64,000 bases of DNA from an uncultured bacterium (GTDB lineage: Bacteria > Patescibacteriota > Patescibacteriia > Patescibacteriales > UBA12465), in contig CALKWQ010000023.1 in NCBI GenBank assembly GCA_938003925.1, positions 18,885 to 82,884 on the forward strand. Direction: 5' to 3'. The translations under genes were made by a program, and so were the position numbers. Position 1 is the stretch's first letter. Every line of letters starts with the position of its first letter. Below are positions 29,306 through 38,838 of the stretch, piece after piece. A model generated the notes under the pieces. The model ran no database searches and had not been told where the DNA came from. It was given only the letters and a program-made list of their open reading frames with translations.

Positions 29306-30667
29306 ATGGAAATTTTGCTTATCCTCGGCCTGATATTTTTTACCATCATTGCCAGCTGGCGACTAGACTGGGCTCTTTTTATTGTTTTGGCGAGCTTGCC
29401 TACTTACCTACTACGCTTCAATCTAGGCCCTCTACCCATGACTATGTTGGAGGCAATGATTCTCATAGTCTTTACGGCGTGGTTTTTTCAAAATCGTCCT
29501 TGGCAGCGACTACAGAAAAAAGACTGGCAGGGGCGCAGACAAAAATATCCTTATCACTGGGAAATTATCGGCGTCTTATTAGCAGCTTGGGCAGGCTTAG
29601 CAGTCGCTGGTTTTCACAATAGTGCTTTGGGGATTTTTAAAGCCTATTTCTTAGAACCAATCATGCTCTATCTGGTCATCATTAACCGTGGGCAAGGTCA
29701 GGAAAGAAAATGGCTGTGGCCTCTGGCCATATCGGCTATGGTAATCAGTGGTGTAGCTATCTTTCAGCAACTAACCGGCTTATTCATCTTCAATGATTTT
29801 TGGGCCCAGTTATCCCAGCGTCGCGTCACTTCCGTTTTTGCCTATCCTAATGCAGTGGGACTCTATCTAGGCCCCATCATACCGCTGCTCATCGCTCTGT
29901 TCTATAGCTATCCTCGACGCAGTTCGCTGTTAGTAGCCAGCAAGAAACTAGTGCTACTATTAATTACAGTCGCCTCGCTGCTCGCTATCATCTTTGCTCG
30001 CTCCGAAGGAGCCTTGGTTGGTTTAGCCGGAGCGGCGTTTATCGTAGCAATGCTCGCCCATAAAAAACTCCGCTTAGCCGCGCTCGCACTAGCTACACTG
30101 AGCATGATTATCTTTAGCGTCTACGCTCCTGCCTGGCAATATCTCAGCAAGAAAGCTACTCTTATGGATTTAAGTGGGCAGATTCGCCAACAACAATGGC
30201 GAGAAACTATGCAGATGTTAACGGCTGGACGTTTAATAAGCGGCGCTGGACTTAGTAGTTATCAAACAGCGGTCGCCCCCTTTCATCAAGAAGGTATTTT
30301 TGTAAAAAATGATGATCCAGACTGGTATCGTAAAGTGGTCTGGAATGAAGAATATAAGAAAAAAGTCTGGCAGCCGGTAGAAGTCTACTTCTATCCTCAT
30401 AATATTTTTCTAAATTTCTGGTCAGAAATTGGTCTCTACGGTGCCCTTCTGTTTGTCTGGCTTATTGGCCGCTACTACTACGATGCTCTGCGCTTGCTAA
30501 AAAAAACTGAACCGAGATTAAGAGCTATAGTCCTGGGCTTAATCGGAGCCATGAGTACTATTGTTATCCACGGCTTAGTTGATGTTCCCTATTTTAAAAA
30601 TGATTTAGCTATACTCTTCTGGTTGTTGATAGCCGTATTGGGTATCATAAAGTTGAAAAATAAATAA
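29306..30667 (+). CDS. O-antigen ligase/polymerase-like (Wzy_C family) membrane protein
   Basis: 453 aa, at least 10 TM helices, a large loop with AYPNAVGLYL, and a typical Wzy_C-like architecture. Confidence 0.6.
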   Translation: MEILLILGLIFFTIIASWRLDWALFIVLASLPTYLLRFNLGPLPMTMLEAMILIVFTAWFFQNRPWQRLQKKDWQGRRQKYPYHWEIIGVLLAAWAGLAVAGFHNSALGIFKAYFLEPIMLYLVIINRGQGQERKWLWPLAISAMVISGVAIFQQLTGLFIFNDFWAQLSQRRVTSVFAYPNAVGLYLGPIIPLLIALFYSYPRRSSLLVASKKLVLLLITVASLLAIIFARSEGALVGLAGAAFIVAMLAHKKLRLAALALATLSMIIFSVYAPAWQYLSKKATLMDLSGQIRQQQWRETMQMLTAGRLISGAGLSSYQTAVAPFHQEGIFVKNDDPDWYRKVVWNEEYKKKVWQPVEVYFYPHNIFLNFWSEIGLYGALLFVWLIGRYYYDALRLLKKTEPRLRAIVLGLIGAMSTIVIHGLVDVPYFKNDLAILFWLLIAVLGIIKLKNK

Positions 30668-30672
30668 AAATT

Positions 30673-31383
30673 ATGATTTATCTAACTAAATATCTCGCAC
30701 AGGCTGGTGTAGCTAGCCGCCGACAAGCAGAACAGCTAATCCGCACTGGCAAAGTGACAGTGGACGGCGAGTTAGCAGCTCTAGGAGCAATGGTCACTGG
30801 CAGCGAAGATGTGCGAGTTCGTGGCAAAGTGGTAAGTAATGCAGCGGCAGCCACTCGTTTGGTTATTGCCTTTAACAAACCGGTAGGCTACACTTGCACC
30901 ACTCGTAATTTTGCCGGAGAAGATAATATTTTCAGTCTCTTGCCAGAACCATATCGCAACTTGATTATCGCCGGACGCTTAGACAAAGAAAGTCGCGGTT
31001 TGATTTTGTTAACCAATGATGGTAATCTAGCTAATCAGATTACCCATCCTCGCTACGAACATAACAAGAAGTATTTAGTGCGTTTTGCCGGTGAAGACCG
31101 CATGGAATTATCTGAACGCGAGCTCTATGCTCGCGCTAAAGATGGCATCCGCTCCGAAGATGGTGAGATTCTGACAGCTAAAAGTATTCGTAAAGAAGAA
31201 GGGCGCTGGGCGGTAACTTTAAGTGAAGGCAAGAAAAGACATATCCGCCGTCTATTCGCCGGTATGGGTCTAAAAGTGATTGACTTACAGCGCGTTAATA
31301 TTGGTGAGTTGGGCCTAGGAGGATTGCCTCAGGGTAAATATCGCATCTTGAACGACAAAGATATCCAGAAAATTCTTAGATAA
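30673..31383 (+). CDS. Pseudouridine synthase, RsuA/RluB family
   Basis: N-terminal S4 domain (LTKYLAQAGVASRRQAEQLI) and the catalytic GRLDKESRGLILLTNDG motif. Confidence 0.85.
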   Translation: MIYLTKYLAQAGVASRRQAEQLIRTGKVTVDGELAALGAMVTGSEDVRVRGKVVSNAAAATRLVIAFNKPVGYTCTTRNFAGEDNIFSLLPEPYRNLIIAGRLDKESRGLILLTNDGNLANQITHPRYEHNKKYLVRFAGEDRMELSERELYARAKDGIRSEDGEILTAKSIRKEEGRWAVTLSEGKKRHIRRLFAGMGLKVIDLQRVNIGELGLGGLPQGKYRILNDKDIQKILR

Positions 31384-31390
31384 TAAACCA

Positions 31391-31477
31391 GGAGAGGTGG
31401 CTGAGTGGTTGAAAGCACCGCTCTCGAAAAGCGGCAAGGGTGAAAGCCCTTCGGGAGTTCGAATCTCCCCCTCTCCG
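31391..31477 (+). tRNA. tRNA-Ser(CGA)
   Basis: 87-nt type II tRNA. Acceptor GGAGAGG/CCTCTCC, anticodon arm CCGCT-CTCGAAA-AGCGG, a long variable arm, T-arm GGGAG-TTCGAAT-CTCCC. Confidence 0.85.
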
Positions 31478-31487
31478 CAGATTAAAA

Positions 31488-31510
31488 ATAGCCCTAAATA
31501 GGGCTATTTT
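31488..31510 (+). terminator. Intrinsic terminator after tRNA-Ser(CGA)
   Basis: ATAGCCC..GGGCTAT hairpin plus T-run. Confidence 0.7.
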
Positions 31511-31554
31511 GATAGGTAGTTTATCGCTTTAGAACGGCATGTTATAATTTAAAT

Positions 31555-32316
31555 ATGAAAAATATTAATCTTACAATTCTAGGGTCTGGTTCAATGATCC
31601 CGACAAAGGATCGCAATCCGGCTGGTTTTTTATTAGAAATTGGTAATTATAAAATATTATTAGATTGTGGACATGGTATTATTAGACGCCTGATCGATTA
31701 TGGTTATAATTTACAAGATATTAATTTGACTTTTATTTCTCATTTTCATACAGATCACTGCGGAGATGCCTTCAACTTAATTCATTCGCGTTTTGTAGAT
31801 GATATGTACAATAAGCGCGAGCATAAAAAATTGTTATACCTATGTCCAATAAATACGGGGGCGCATTTTAAATCATGGCGAAAAATATTTTGGCCGGAAT
31901 GTAATGAAAAATACCCTGTAAAATTTAAAGAAGGTGTTAGCCGGTTAGTTATTGGGGATATTAAAATCGAAACTTTTGCGGTTAAGCATGTGAAATGGTT
32001 TCAATCAATCGGCTTAGTGATCAAATATAAGAATAAGAAATTGGTGTATACTGGGGATATTGGCTCAGATCATGATTTTAACGATTTGATTAAAAAAACT
32101 GATGGGGCGGATTTACTGATTACTGAAGCTTCTTATGAGAAACCGACCCCCAATCATTTCACCGTAGAACAAGTAAAAGATTTAAAACAAAAGGCAAATG
32201 TGAAAAAAGTTTTAATATTCCATTTTCGTCCCCAAACTGAAAAGAGAATTAAACACCTCCTTAGTCGACAGGAAGACTTTATTATTAAAAAAGACGGAGA
32301 CACGTTGTTTATTTAG
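31555..32316 (+). CDS. MBL-fold metallo-hydrolase (RNase Z/BN-like)
   Basis: HFHTDHCGD (HxHxDH) motif with later GD and H motifs. The gene is visibly more AT-rich than its neighbours. Confidence 0.7.
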   Translation: MKNINLTILGSGSMIPTKDRNPAGFLLEIGNYKILLDCGHGIIRRLIDYGYNLQDINLTFISHFHTDHCGDAFNLIHSRFVDDMYNKREHKKLLYLCPINTGAHFKSWRKIFWPECNEKYPVKFKEGVSRLVIGDIKIETFAVKHVKWFQSIGLVIKYKNKKLVYTGDIGSDHDFNDLIKKTDGADLLITEASYEKPTPNHFTVEQVKDLKQKANVKKVLIFHFRPQTEKRIKHLLSRQEDFIIKKDGDTLFI

Positions 32317-32325
32317 GTTTTTTAG

Positions 32326-32362
32326 GGGAATATCGTTCCCGGCGCGCCCCACCCTCTCCGCA
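32326..32362 (+). repeat. tRNA-Ser 3'-end-like fragment (att-like scar)
   Basis: T-arm-like hairpin GGGAA-TATCG-TTCCC, then CCCTCTCCGCA, which is identical to 31469-31479 at the 3' end of tRNA-Ser(CGA). The following TAAAAATA resembles the tRNA flank. Confidence 0.55.
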
Positions 32363-32447
32363 CTAATTTAAAAATAAAGAAAAAACATTATTTTTATATT
32401 TTGCTAAATAAATGGTATAATTTTGATATAAATAATAATTTTTTGGT

Positions 32448-32765
32448 ATGAAAAACTATACGCTCATCCGCTGGGGCGCCCTTAACGCTCTAGGCGTACT
32501 CACCTATGTAATCTTGCTCGCCTCATTTTTTAGTCGCGCCAATCAATGGTTTGGCGAAACGGATAAAGAAATTTTTACTCCAGCCGCCGCTATCATGCTG
32601 TTTATTTTTTCCGCCTTGCTCACTGGAGGCTTAGTACTAGCTAAACCCTTAATGCTCTACATTGATGGGAAGAAAAAAGATGGCTTAAAACTATTCTTGT
32701 TTACCGGTATTAGCCTCTTCGTCTTCACCTTTTTATTATTTACAATATTACTAATAATAAAATAG
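32448..32765 (+). CDS. Small membrane protein (3 TM helices)
   Basis: 105-aa hydrophobic ORF. No motif recognised. Confidence 0.4.
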   Translation: MKNYTLIRWGALNALGVLTYVILLASFFSRANQWFGETDKEIFTPAAAIMLFIFSALLTGGLVLAKPLMLYIDGKKKDGLKLFLFTGISLFVFTFLLFTILLIIK

Positions 32766-32823
32766 TAAAAATAAATTAATATATCAAAAATAGCCCCGGC
32801 AGGGGCTATTTTAGTGAGGTTTT

Positions 32824-33390
32824 TTAAACTAAATGCTGCTTAATGAGGGCATAGACTTCAGCAATACTTAGCTCTCCGTCTATTTCCACCAGCTTATTAC
32901 GAGAGCGATAATAATCCATCAGCACTGCTGATTCTTGGTTAAAAACTCCCATCCTATTGTTAACAGCCGAAGCATCCTTATCATCAGCGCGGCCACCAAA
33001 TTCTGAGCGGGCAGCAATTCTTCTTAAAGCCTCGGCTGGAGAAATCTTGAGATAAAAAAAGTAGTCTACAGACAAGCCTAGACCAGCGGTGATTTCATCT
33101 AACATACCTGCTTGAGAAATAATTCTGGGAAAACCATCAAAGACAATGCCTTTTTCTTTAATATCAGAACCAACGCTTTTAATAACCTCCGACATCAGGT
33201 CGTCGGTAATTAAAGTACCGGCGTCAACATAAGATTTAATCTGCTTACCTAGCTCAGAACCAGAGGCGATTTCAGCACGCAAGCGATCACCCATGCCGAA
33301 TTGAATTAAACCCAACTCTTGAGCCAATAATTCTGCTTGGGTAGTTTTGCCGGCGGCCGGCAGACCATACAAACTAATGATTTTAGACAT
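32824..33390 (-). CDS. adk: Adenylate kinase (short type, no zinc lid)
   Basis: GLPAAGKTTQAELLA P-loop, GDRLR, and the FDGFPR motif. Confidence 0.85.
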   Translation of the reverse strand: MSKIISLYGLPAAGKTTQAELLAQELGLIQFGMGDRLRAEIASGSELGKQIKSYVDAGTLITDDLMSEVIKSVGSDIKEKGIVFDGFPRIISQAGMLDEITAGLGLSVDYFFYLKISPAEALRRIAARSEFGGRADDKDASAVNNRMGVFNQESAVLMDYYRSRNKLVEIDGELSIAEVYALIKQHLV

Positions 33391-33548
33391 ATAATAAATA
33401 GTTTAACTGAAGAAGCATCTATTATAGGAAAAATTTATATCTTTGGCAATGGTTTTAAAAATCTAACAACTAAACATGTTCATAAGTGTATTATTTCCAA
33501 CTGAATTGATATAATTAAGTTATCGGTAAAAATTAGCTTATCACTCCT

Positions 33549-34349
33549 ATGGGCAAAGTATTTAAAATTACCTATATAGTATTAATGGTGCTGTTTCTAA
33601 TCGCCTGGAGAAAAACTAGCCAACTGCCTACACCTGAATTAATGCACCCAGAGCTCTGGCAAGCACCTCGGCAAACCTATCATACCGCCAGTACAAGTTT
33701 GGAACTAAGCTATCGCGACCGAGAATACATCGTAGAACCATTAGCGGATTACGAAATCTGGGGCTTAGTTGTTTCGCATAATAATATTAATGCCTGGTAT
33801 AACTACTACCATAATGAAAATTCAGTTAACCTTAAAGATGTGTGCGTGGTCTGGGGTGACAATATCAAAAATGGCGCCTACCTGCAGGATAACTTAAAAT
33901 TTTATAGTGGCGAATGGACCTGCTATTACCGCTGGCAGGGTTATTTAAATAAGCCTTTTGATCCTCGACAGTTATCAAATAACCATTTGCTGGCACAAGA
34001 TGTTGCCATTCAAAAAATTATTAGACAGGTTAACGTGGGCGACCAGATACACCTACAAGGGGCATTGGTTGATTATCGAGAAAAAGGAGAGACCTGGAAG
34101 CGTCAAACCAGTCTCTCACGCACCGATGAAAATAGCACCTCCCGCAGTGGCGGCGCCTGTGAAATTATGCTGGTAGAAAAAATTGATATACTGGCTCGTC
34201 ACCAAGTTTGGTGGAATAGAATCTACGATCAAAAAGGCAAAATCTTGGGCAGCGTAATTATACTTAACCTTCTGTGGTTTTTATGGCCTAGTCATAAACG
34301 ACCCAGGATTCAGCCGAAGGGATTTGAACCTACAATAACGGTTAAATAG
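33549..34349 (+). CDS. Hypothetical membrane-anchored protein
   Basis: 266 aa with N- and C-terminal hydrophobic helices and a Trp/Tyr-rich central domain. No motif recognised. Confidence 0.4.
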   Translation: MGKVFKITYIVLMVLFLIAWRKTSQLPTPELMHPELWQAPRQTYHTASTSLELSYRDREYIVEPLADYEIWGLVVSHNNINAWYNYYHNENSVNLKDVCVVWGDNIKNGAYLQDNLKFYSGEWTCYYRWQGYLNKPFDPRQLSNNHLLAQDVAIQKIIRQVNVGDQIHLQGALVDYREKGETWKRQTSLSRTDENSTSRSGGACEIMLVEKIDILARHQVWWNRIYDQKGKILGSVIILNLLWFLWPSHKRPRIQPKGFEPTITVK

Positions 34350-34451
34350 AAAAAGACTAAAGTTATATTTTTACTTACTATAAACGCTGCCCGCAAGAGC
34401 AGCGTTTTTCTTAACCTACAAAAAACCGCCTCCAGGGCGGTATTTTATTAA

Positions 34452-34871
34452 TCAGTGTGATTTTTTTCTTGTTCGACGCAAATGGTACAGCTCTTTAGAT
34501 TTACGGGTAATAACTAAGATGGTTAACACAGCGATGTAAGAAGAAATAACCGAACCAGGCAGGTGGTAGGCGTCACCATAAGCAAAATCTAACAACAGTA
34601 AACCGATTACTAGAGCAGACCAAATGATAACGAAAATCTCCCCCGGATGACTTTCTTGGTGATGATCATACCAACGCTCAAATTCTTTGTTACTCACATA
34701 AATCGCCAAGATACTCATATAAATAGTGGCGATAGCGTTTAACACTTCCTCATATAAATTACCGTGTAAAAAATCCAAGATAATTAGAGCGAAGAAGATG
34801 AATGACCAGACGTTAATTAGTTGTCTCCAAAAACGGAAGTCATTCTTGAGTATGGTTTTTTTCATAATCAT
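34452..34871 (-). CDS. Small polytopic membrane protein
   Basis: 139 aa with 4 hydrophobic helices. Abuts the upstream gene (34872). Confidence 0.4.
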   Translation of the reverse strand: MIMKKTILKNDFRFWRQLINVWSFIFFALIILDFLHGNLYEEVLNAIATIYMSILAIYVSNKEFERWYDHHQESHPGEIFVIIWSALVIGLLLLDFAYGDAYHLPGSVISSYIAVLTILVITRKSKELYHLRRTRKKSH

Positions 34872-35378
34872 TTAGAGTCCGAGTAATTTCAACATCGGTG
34901 CCGCCAAAGGATCAGCGGCCGTGCCATAGACCATTACTCCGCCCAGCAGCCCGGTAATGGCAATCAAGACTGCACCCACTAAAGCCAATAATCGAAATAA
35001 CCAAGGAGATAGCAGTTGCTTAGTCCTCATCAACAAAGTCTGAAAACGACGACCAGTCTCATTGTTAAGCCATTGCGGCGGAATGAAAATAATTAACTCT
35101 AGGATTAATAACACAAAGTAAAGATTAACTGAAGCGCCAGCAAAACCCTCATGCATTTCTACCAAGGCATGATTCGGCCGCACTAAATCGCTCGCTATTT
35201 CACCGGTGACATTGGCCAACCAAGCGCCCAAAAGACCGACTATAAGAAGAATGATGCGCGGGAGACGCCAGTCAACTGCTGGTAGTTTTTGGGGCCAAGG
35301 AAAAAGGCGTAATAAAGAGTATAAAAGGAAGAAGGCAATAGGAAAGTGGACAAAGATGGGATGGAGATTGTAATTCAT
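34872..35378 (-). CDS. DUF2231-like membrane protein
   Basis: The MNYNLHPIFVHFPIAFFLL start is typical of the DUF2231 family. It lies downstream of the peroxiredoxin gene on the same strand. Confidence 0.5.
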   Translation of the reverse strand: MNYNLHPIFVHFPIAFFLLYSLLRLFPWPQKLPAVDWRLPRIILLIVGLLGAWLANVTGEIASDLVRPNHALVEMHEGFAGASVNLYFVLLILELIIFIPPQWLNNETGRRFQTLLMRTKQLLSPWLFRLLALVGAVLIAITGLLGGVMVYGTAADPLAAPMLKLLGL

Positions 35379-35484
35379 ATGGTTATTATATGATTAAAGC
35401 ATAGCATAAGCACTAGGGATATTACCAGCTAAACAAAAAGACCTCTAACTAAGAGGCTTTTTGATTTTACAGTATACAATTTAA

Positions 35485-36009
35485 TTAGGCTTTACCTAAA
35501 GTCTGCTCGCCATCATGCCATTCTAGTGGGCAAAGCTCACCGCTCTGCACTGCCTTTAAGACACGCAGGGTTTCAGTAACCGAGCGGCCGACTGAACCAG
35601 CGGAGACAACAATATACTTAATTTGTCCTTCAGGATTGATAATGAATAAACCACGGTCAGCCGAACCATCTTGTTCATTTAATACCCCGTAAGCCTTAGC
35701 TAGGCTTTGGGTGGTATCGGCCAGGATTGGGTATTTCACTTCGGGAAGGTCTTGTTCAAACCAATTCTTATGTGACCATTCTGAATCTGTAGAAGCGGCC
35801 AGAATGTCACAGTTTAAAGCTTTAAAGTCAGCTTCATGCTTGGCAAACCCCCGCAGTTCCGTCGGACAGACGAAAGTAAAATCGCGAGGATAAAAGAATA
35901 GAATTAACCAACGACCAGTATAATCGGTGAGGCTAACCTCTTTGAATTCGCCTTGATGATAGGCTTTAAGCCCCTTAAAATCAGGAGCGGCTTGATTGAT
36001 ATTCAACAT
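35485..36009 (-). CDS. Peroxiredoxin (typical 2-Cys AhpC/Prx1 type)
   Basis: FFYPRDFTFVCPTE peroxidatic Cys motif and a C-terminal resolving Cys (GELCP). Confidence 0.85.
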   Translation of the reverse strand: MLNINQAAPDFKGLKAYHQGEFKEVSLTDYTGRWLILFFYPRDFTFVCPTELRGFAKHEADFKALNCDILAASTDSEWSHKNWFEQDLPEVKYPILADTTQSLAKAYGVLNEQDGSADRGLFIINPEGQIKYIVVSAGSVGRSVTETLRVLKAVQSGELCPLEWHDGEQTLGKA

Positions 36010-36021
36010 AATTTTTATAAT

Positions 36022-36435
36022 TTATAAATAATAAGTCAGGTGGATTTGCTTCACGTGCTTCCCTTGCAACTCTAAAGGTGCAGGTAGCTGTGGCGAAAAA
36101 TCTAAATCGTAGACGCGGCCTAAAGCGGTATCAACCGCGTGGCCATGAGTATCTAACTTGGCATCATAACGAGAATTTCCTCCCGGAATCGGGATTTCCA
36201 TAATTACACCCAGGTCCCTAAATTTCTTCAGATTCTTATACACCGTAGCCAGAGAGATGTTAGTAAACTCCTCCTTAACGCGGTCGTAGATGTCGGTGAC
36301 GCTGGGATGAGAACAAGAAGAGGCTAATGTCCGGAAAATCGCTAATTTCTGCGGGGTAAGGGGCAACTTATGCTGCCGGCTCACTTGTTTAAAATTTTCT
36401 AGGCGCTGATTTAACTCCTGTTCACTGACCATCAT
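36022..36435 (-). CDS. Fur-family transcriptional regulator (PerR-like by context)
   Basis: LTPQKLAIFRTL..HPSVTDIYDRV..ISLATVYKNLKKFRDLGVI winged helix of the Fur family. Located directly upstream of the peroxiredoxin. No CxxC pairs. Start set to MMVSEQ. Confidence 0.7.
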   Translation of the reverse strand: MMVSEQELNQRLENFKQVSRQHKLPLTPQKLAIFRTLASSCSHPSVTDIYDRVKEEFTNISLATVYKNLKKFRDLGVIMEIPIPGGNSRYDAKLDTHGHAVDTALGRVYDLDFSPQLPAPLELQGKHVKQIHLTYYL

Positions 36436-36575
36436 AAAATAATTAATAATATTTATTAATGGATAACTATTATCCATTATAGAGAAGGCGGCAAATAATG
36501 TCAAGACCTCTGAGAACGACGCCGGTCAACTTGCCAAAACACTAGGCCTTACTTATAATTAAACCGATAAGCAGC

Positions 36576-36647
36576 GCCTCCATAGTTTAATGGATAGAAC
36601 GCAAGCTTCCGGAGCTTGTAGTAGGGGTTCGATTCCCTTTGGGGGCA
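36576..36647 (+). tRNA. tRNA-Arg(CCG)
   Basis: Acceptor GCCTCCA/TGGGGGC (one G-U pair), anticodon arm CAAGC-TTCCGGA-GCTTG, T-arm AGGGG-TTCGATT-CCCTT. Confidence 0.8.
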
Positions 36648-36728
36648 CTAAGATTTCAGCAAAGAAAAGCTTTACAAGCTAAAATCTTTTTGCTAAGATT
36701 TTTCCTGTACCGCTCTTAGCGGTATTAT

Positions 36729-36802
36729 CTTAACATCTGGATCGGTAGCTCAGCTGGTTAGAGCGCTGCCCTGTCACGGCAGAGGTCGCGGGTTCGAGTC
36801 CC
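36729..36802 (+). tRNA. tRNA-Asp(GUC)
   Basis: Anticodon arm CTGCC-CTGTCAC-GGCAG and T-arm GCGGG-TTCGAGT-CCCGT. The acceptor GGATCGG/CCGTTCC has one mismatch. A hairpin terminator follows (AATCGCT..AGCGATT plus T-run). Confidence 0.85.
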
Positions 36803-36859
36803 GTCCGTTCCGCAACTAAAAAAATCGCTCCTATAGCGATTTTTTGTTAATATAAGATT

Positions 36860-37651
36860 ATGAAGGTATTATCACTCAACACTTGGTGTGGCCAAATTTT
36901 TGCCCCACTACTCCAGTTTATCAGTGAAAAAGCCACGGAGATAGATGTTTTTTGTTTCCAAGAAGTCATGAGCACTGACACTGAGATTAAAGAAAGTCAC
37001 GCCTGCCGCATGAATCTGTTTGAAGAGTTGCAACAAGTATTACCTAATCATCACGGCTATTTTGCAGTAGCTCAAGATGGAGTAGATATTGAGGGTCCGG
37101 TTGATTTCCAAACTTCTTTTGGCCTCGCCATGTTCATTCGCAAAGACCTAAAGGTAAATAAGGTGGGAGACGTCTTCGTCTTTCGTCATAAAAATGCCTG
37201 TCAGTTTAACAATGCCGACCAACATGCCGCTGTCACGATGGGCAGAAATATGCAGTATGCAGAAATTGAAACTGCTCAGGGATTATATACTATTTGCAAT
37301 CTACATGGTCTATGGAATGGGCAAGGGAAAAGTGACAGCCCCGACCGCATCCAGCAATCACACCAGATAACCTCTTTTTTACAACAAGCGCTGGGCAAAA
37401 AAATCTTGGGTGGTGATTTTAACCTTTCGCCAGAAACTGAAAGTCTGCAAATCATCAAAACCGGCTTAATTGACCTTATTGATCAATATAATATTCAGTC
37501 TACTCGCTCTCATTATTACCGCCATTACGGAGAAAAGGATTCAAATTTTGCCGACTACATGCTGGTCTCCCCAGATATTATAGTACAAGACTTTAGGGTT
37601 TTACCTGACGTCGTTTCTGATCACTTGCCCCTATATTTAGATTGTGTGTAG
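36860..37651 (+). CDS. Endonuclease/exonuclease/phosphatase (EEP) family protein
   Basis: MKVLSLNTW.., DVFCFQEV, GDFN and a C-terminal SDHLPL motif. Confidence 0.7.
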   Translation: MKVLSLNTWCGQIFAPLLQFISEKATEIDVFCFQEVMSTDTEIKESHACRMNLFEELQQVLPNHHGYFAVAQDGVDIEGPVDFQTSFGLAMFIRKDLKVNKVGDVFVFRHKNACQFNNADQHAAVTMGRNMQYAEIETAQGLYTICNLHGLWNGQGKSDSPDRIQQSHQITSFLQQALGKKILGGDFNLSPETESLQIIKTGLIDLIDQYNIQSTRSHYYRHYGEKDSNFADYMLVSPDIIVQDFRVLPDVVSDHLPLYLDCV

Positions 37652-37722
37652 GCGGGTAAACTTATACAATAAATATGTCCCGCTTGCCTTTTTATTCAAA
37701 ATCCGTAAAAATATAAAAATCA

Positions 37723-37809
37723 GGAGAGGTGCCAGAGTGGTCTAATGGAACGGTCTTGAAAACCGTCGCTGGTGAAAGCCGGCCCAGGGTTCGAATCCCT
37801 GCCTCTCCG
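37723..37809 (+). tRNA. tRNA-Ser(UGA)
   Basis: 87-nt type II tRNA. Acceptor GGAGAGG/CCTCTCC, anticodon arm ACGGT-CTTGAAA-ACCGT, T-arm CAGGG-TTCGAAT-CCCTG. Its own terminator is at 37821-37847. Confidence 0.85.
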
Positions 37810-37866
37810 CAGATTGACAAAAGTATACTAATATGGTATACTTTTTTGTTATTAAAAAATATAAAT

Positions 37867-38631
37867 ATGCCAAGTCTTTTAAGTACAGAACGTAAATATA
37901 ACCAAAAATATTATCATTATATATCGCAAGCATTTATTCTGTTAGCGATAATGCTAATTTTGATTTTCATAACTATATCAGCGTGGATTACAAATAATCA
38001 TATAATGATATGGAATTTCATTTCTTTTCTATATATTACCTTTTTTGCATTTTATATATCCTTTTTAAGTAAAGAGGCTGAAAAAAATCATAATAGCTGG
38101 GGGACTGGTTATATGGTAGAAGAGCTAGTGGGGACTAAATTAGCTGCACTGGGAGATAATTTTAGAGTAATTCATGATATTTCAAAGGGAAGAAATAAGG
38201 AAAATATAGATCATATTGTGATTGGCCCGACTGGTATTTTTGTAATTGAATCCAAGGCTAATAAAAACGCAATGGTCTATTATAAAGATTATCAAAGAAG
38301 AATTAGTAAACTTGGCACAAAATTCATGAATCAGGCTGCTCGTAACGCCTGTTGGATACGTGAAACTATAAAAGAAAACTTGGAACAGAACGAATTTATA
38401 CATGGAATTATTGTAAGACCACTAAATGATAACGGAAAGATAGATATGTATAGCTCTAATAGGGTTTGCGTTATGGATGGTAATACTGTTTATGACCACA
38501 TCAAAAATTTTAATGGAAATTTAAGCCAAAAAACTATAGATCAGATATACTTTAAACTCTGCGAAATAAAAAGGGCTAATGATAAAGCAAACAGAACTTC
38601 AATACAAAAAACTTTGTCCTTTTTTCTTTAA
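37867..38631 (+). CDS. NERD (nuclease-related domain) protein with N-terminal TM helices
   Basis: IDHIVIGPTGIFVIESK is the NERD core motif. The ORF-track start (37729) overlaps the tRNA, so the start is moved to MPSLLS. Confidence 0.7.
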   Translation: MPSLLSTERKYNQKYYHYISQAFILLAIMLILIFITISAWITNNHIMIWNFISFLYITFFAFYISFLSKEAEKNHNSWGTGYMVEELVGTKLAALGDNFRVIHDISKGRNKENIDHIVIGPTGIFVIESKANKNAMVYYKDYQRRISKLGTKFMNQAARNACWIRETIKENLEQNEFIHGIIVRPLNDNGKIDMYSSNRVCVMDGNTVYDHIKNFNGNLSQKTIDQIYFKLCEIKRANDKANRTSIQKTLSFFL

Positions 38632-38838
38632 AAGCATTCCAACTACGTCCCACTCTCCCCGCCAAAACAATTTAGTATCGGATAGACCAACAAAGCCTCG
38701 TAAATACGGGGCTTTTTGGTTGGTTATAAAAACCTACTTACCCCGAGGTAAACAGGATAGCGAGCTCTCTAATTTATTTATTACCATGTTTATGCTAAAA
38801 TTCTTAAGTATTTAATGTTTTTATTAAGTTAATCTTTT

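Noticed and set aside
37729-37866. N-terminal 46 codons of the 300-aa ORF (MPEWSNGTVLK...).
   Set aside because: This stretch is the translation of tRNA-Ser(UGA) and its terminator. The real NERD gene starts at 37867.
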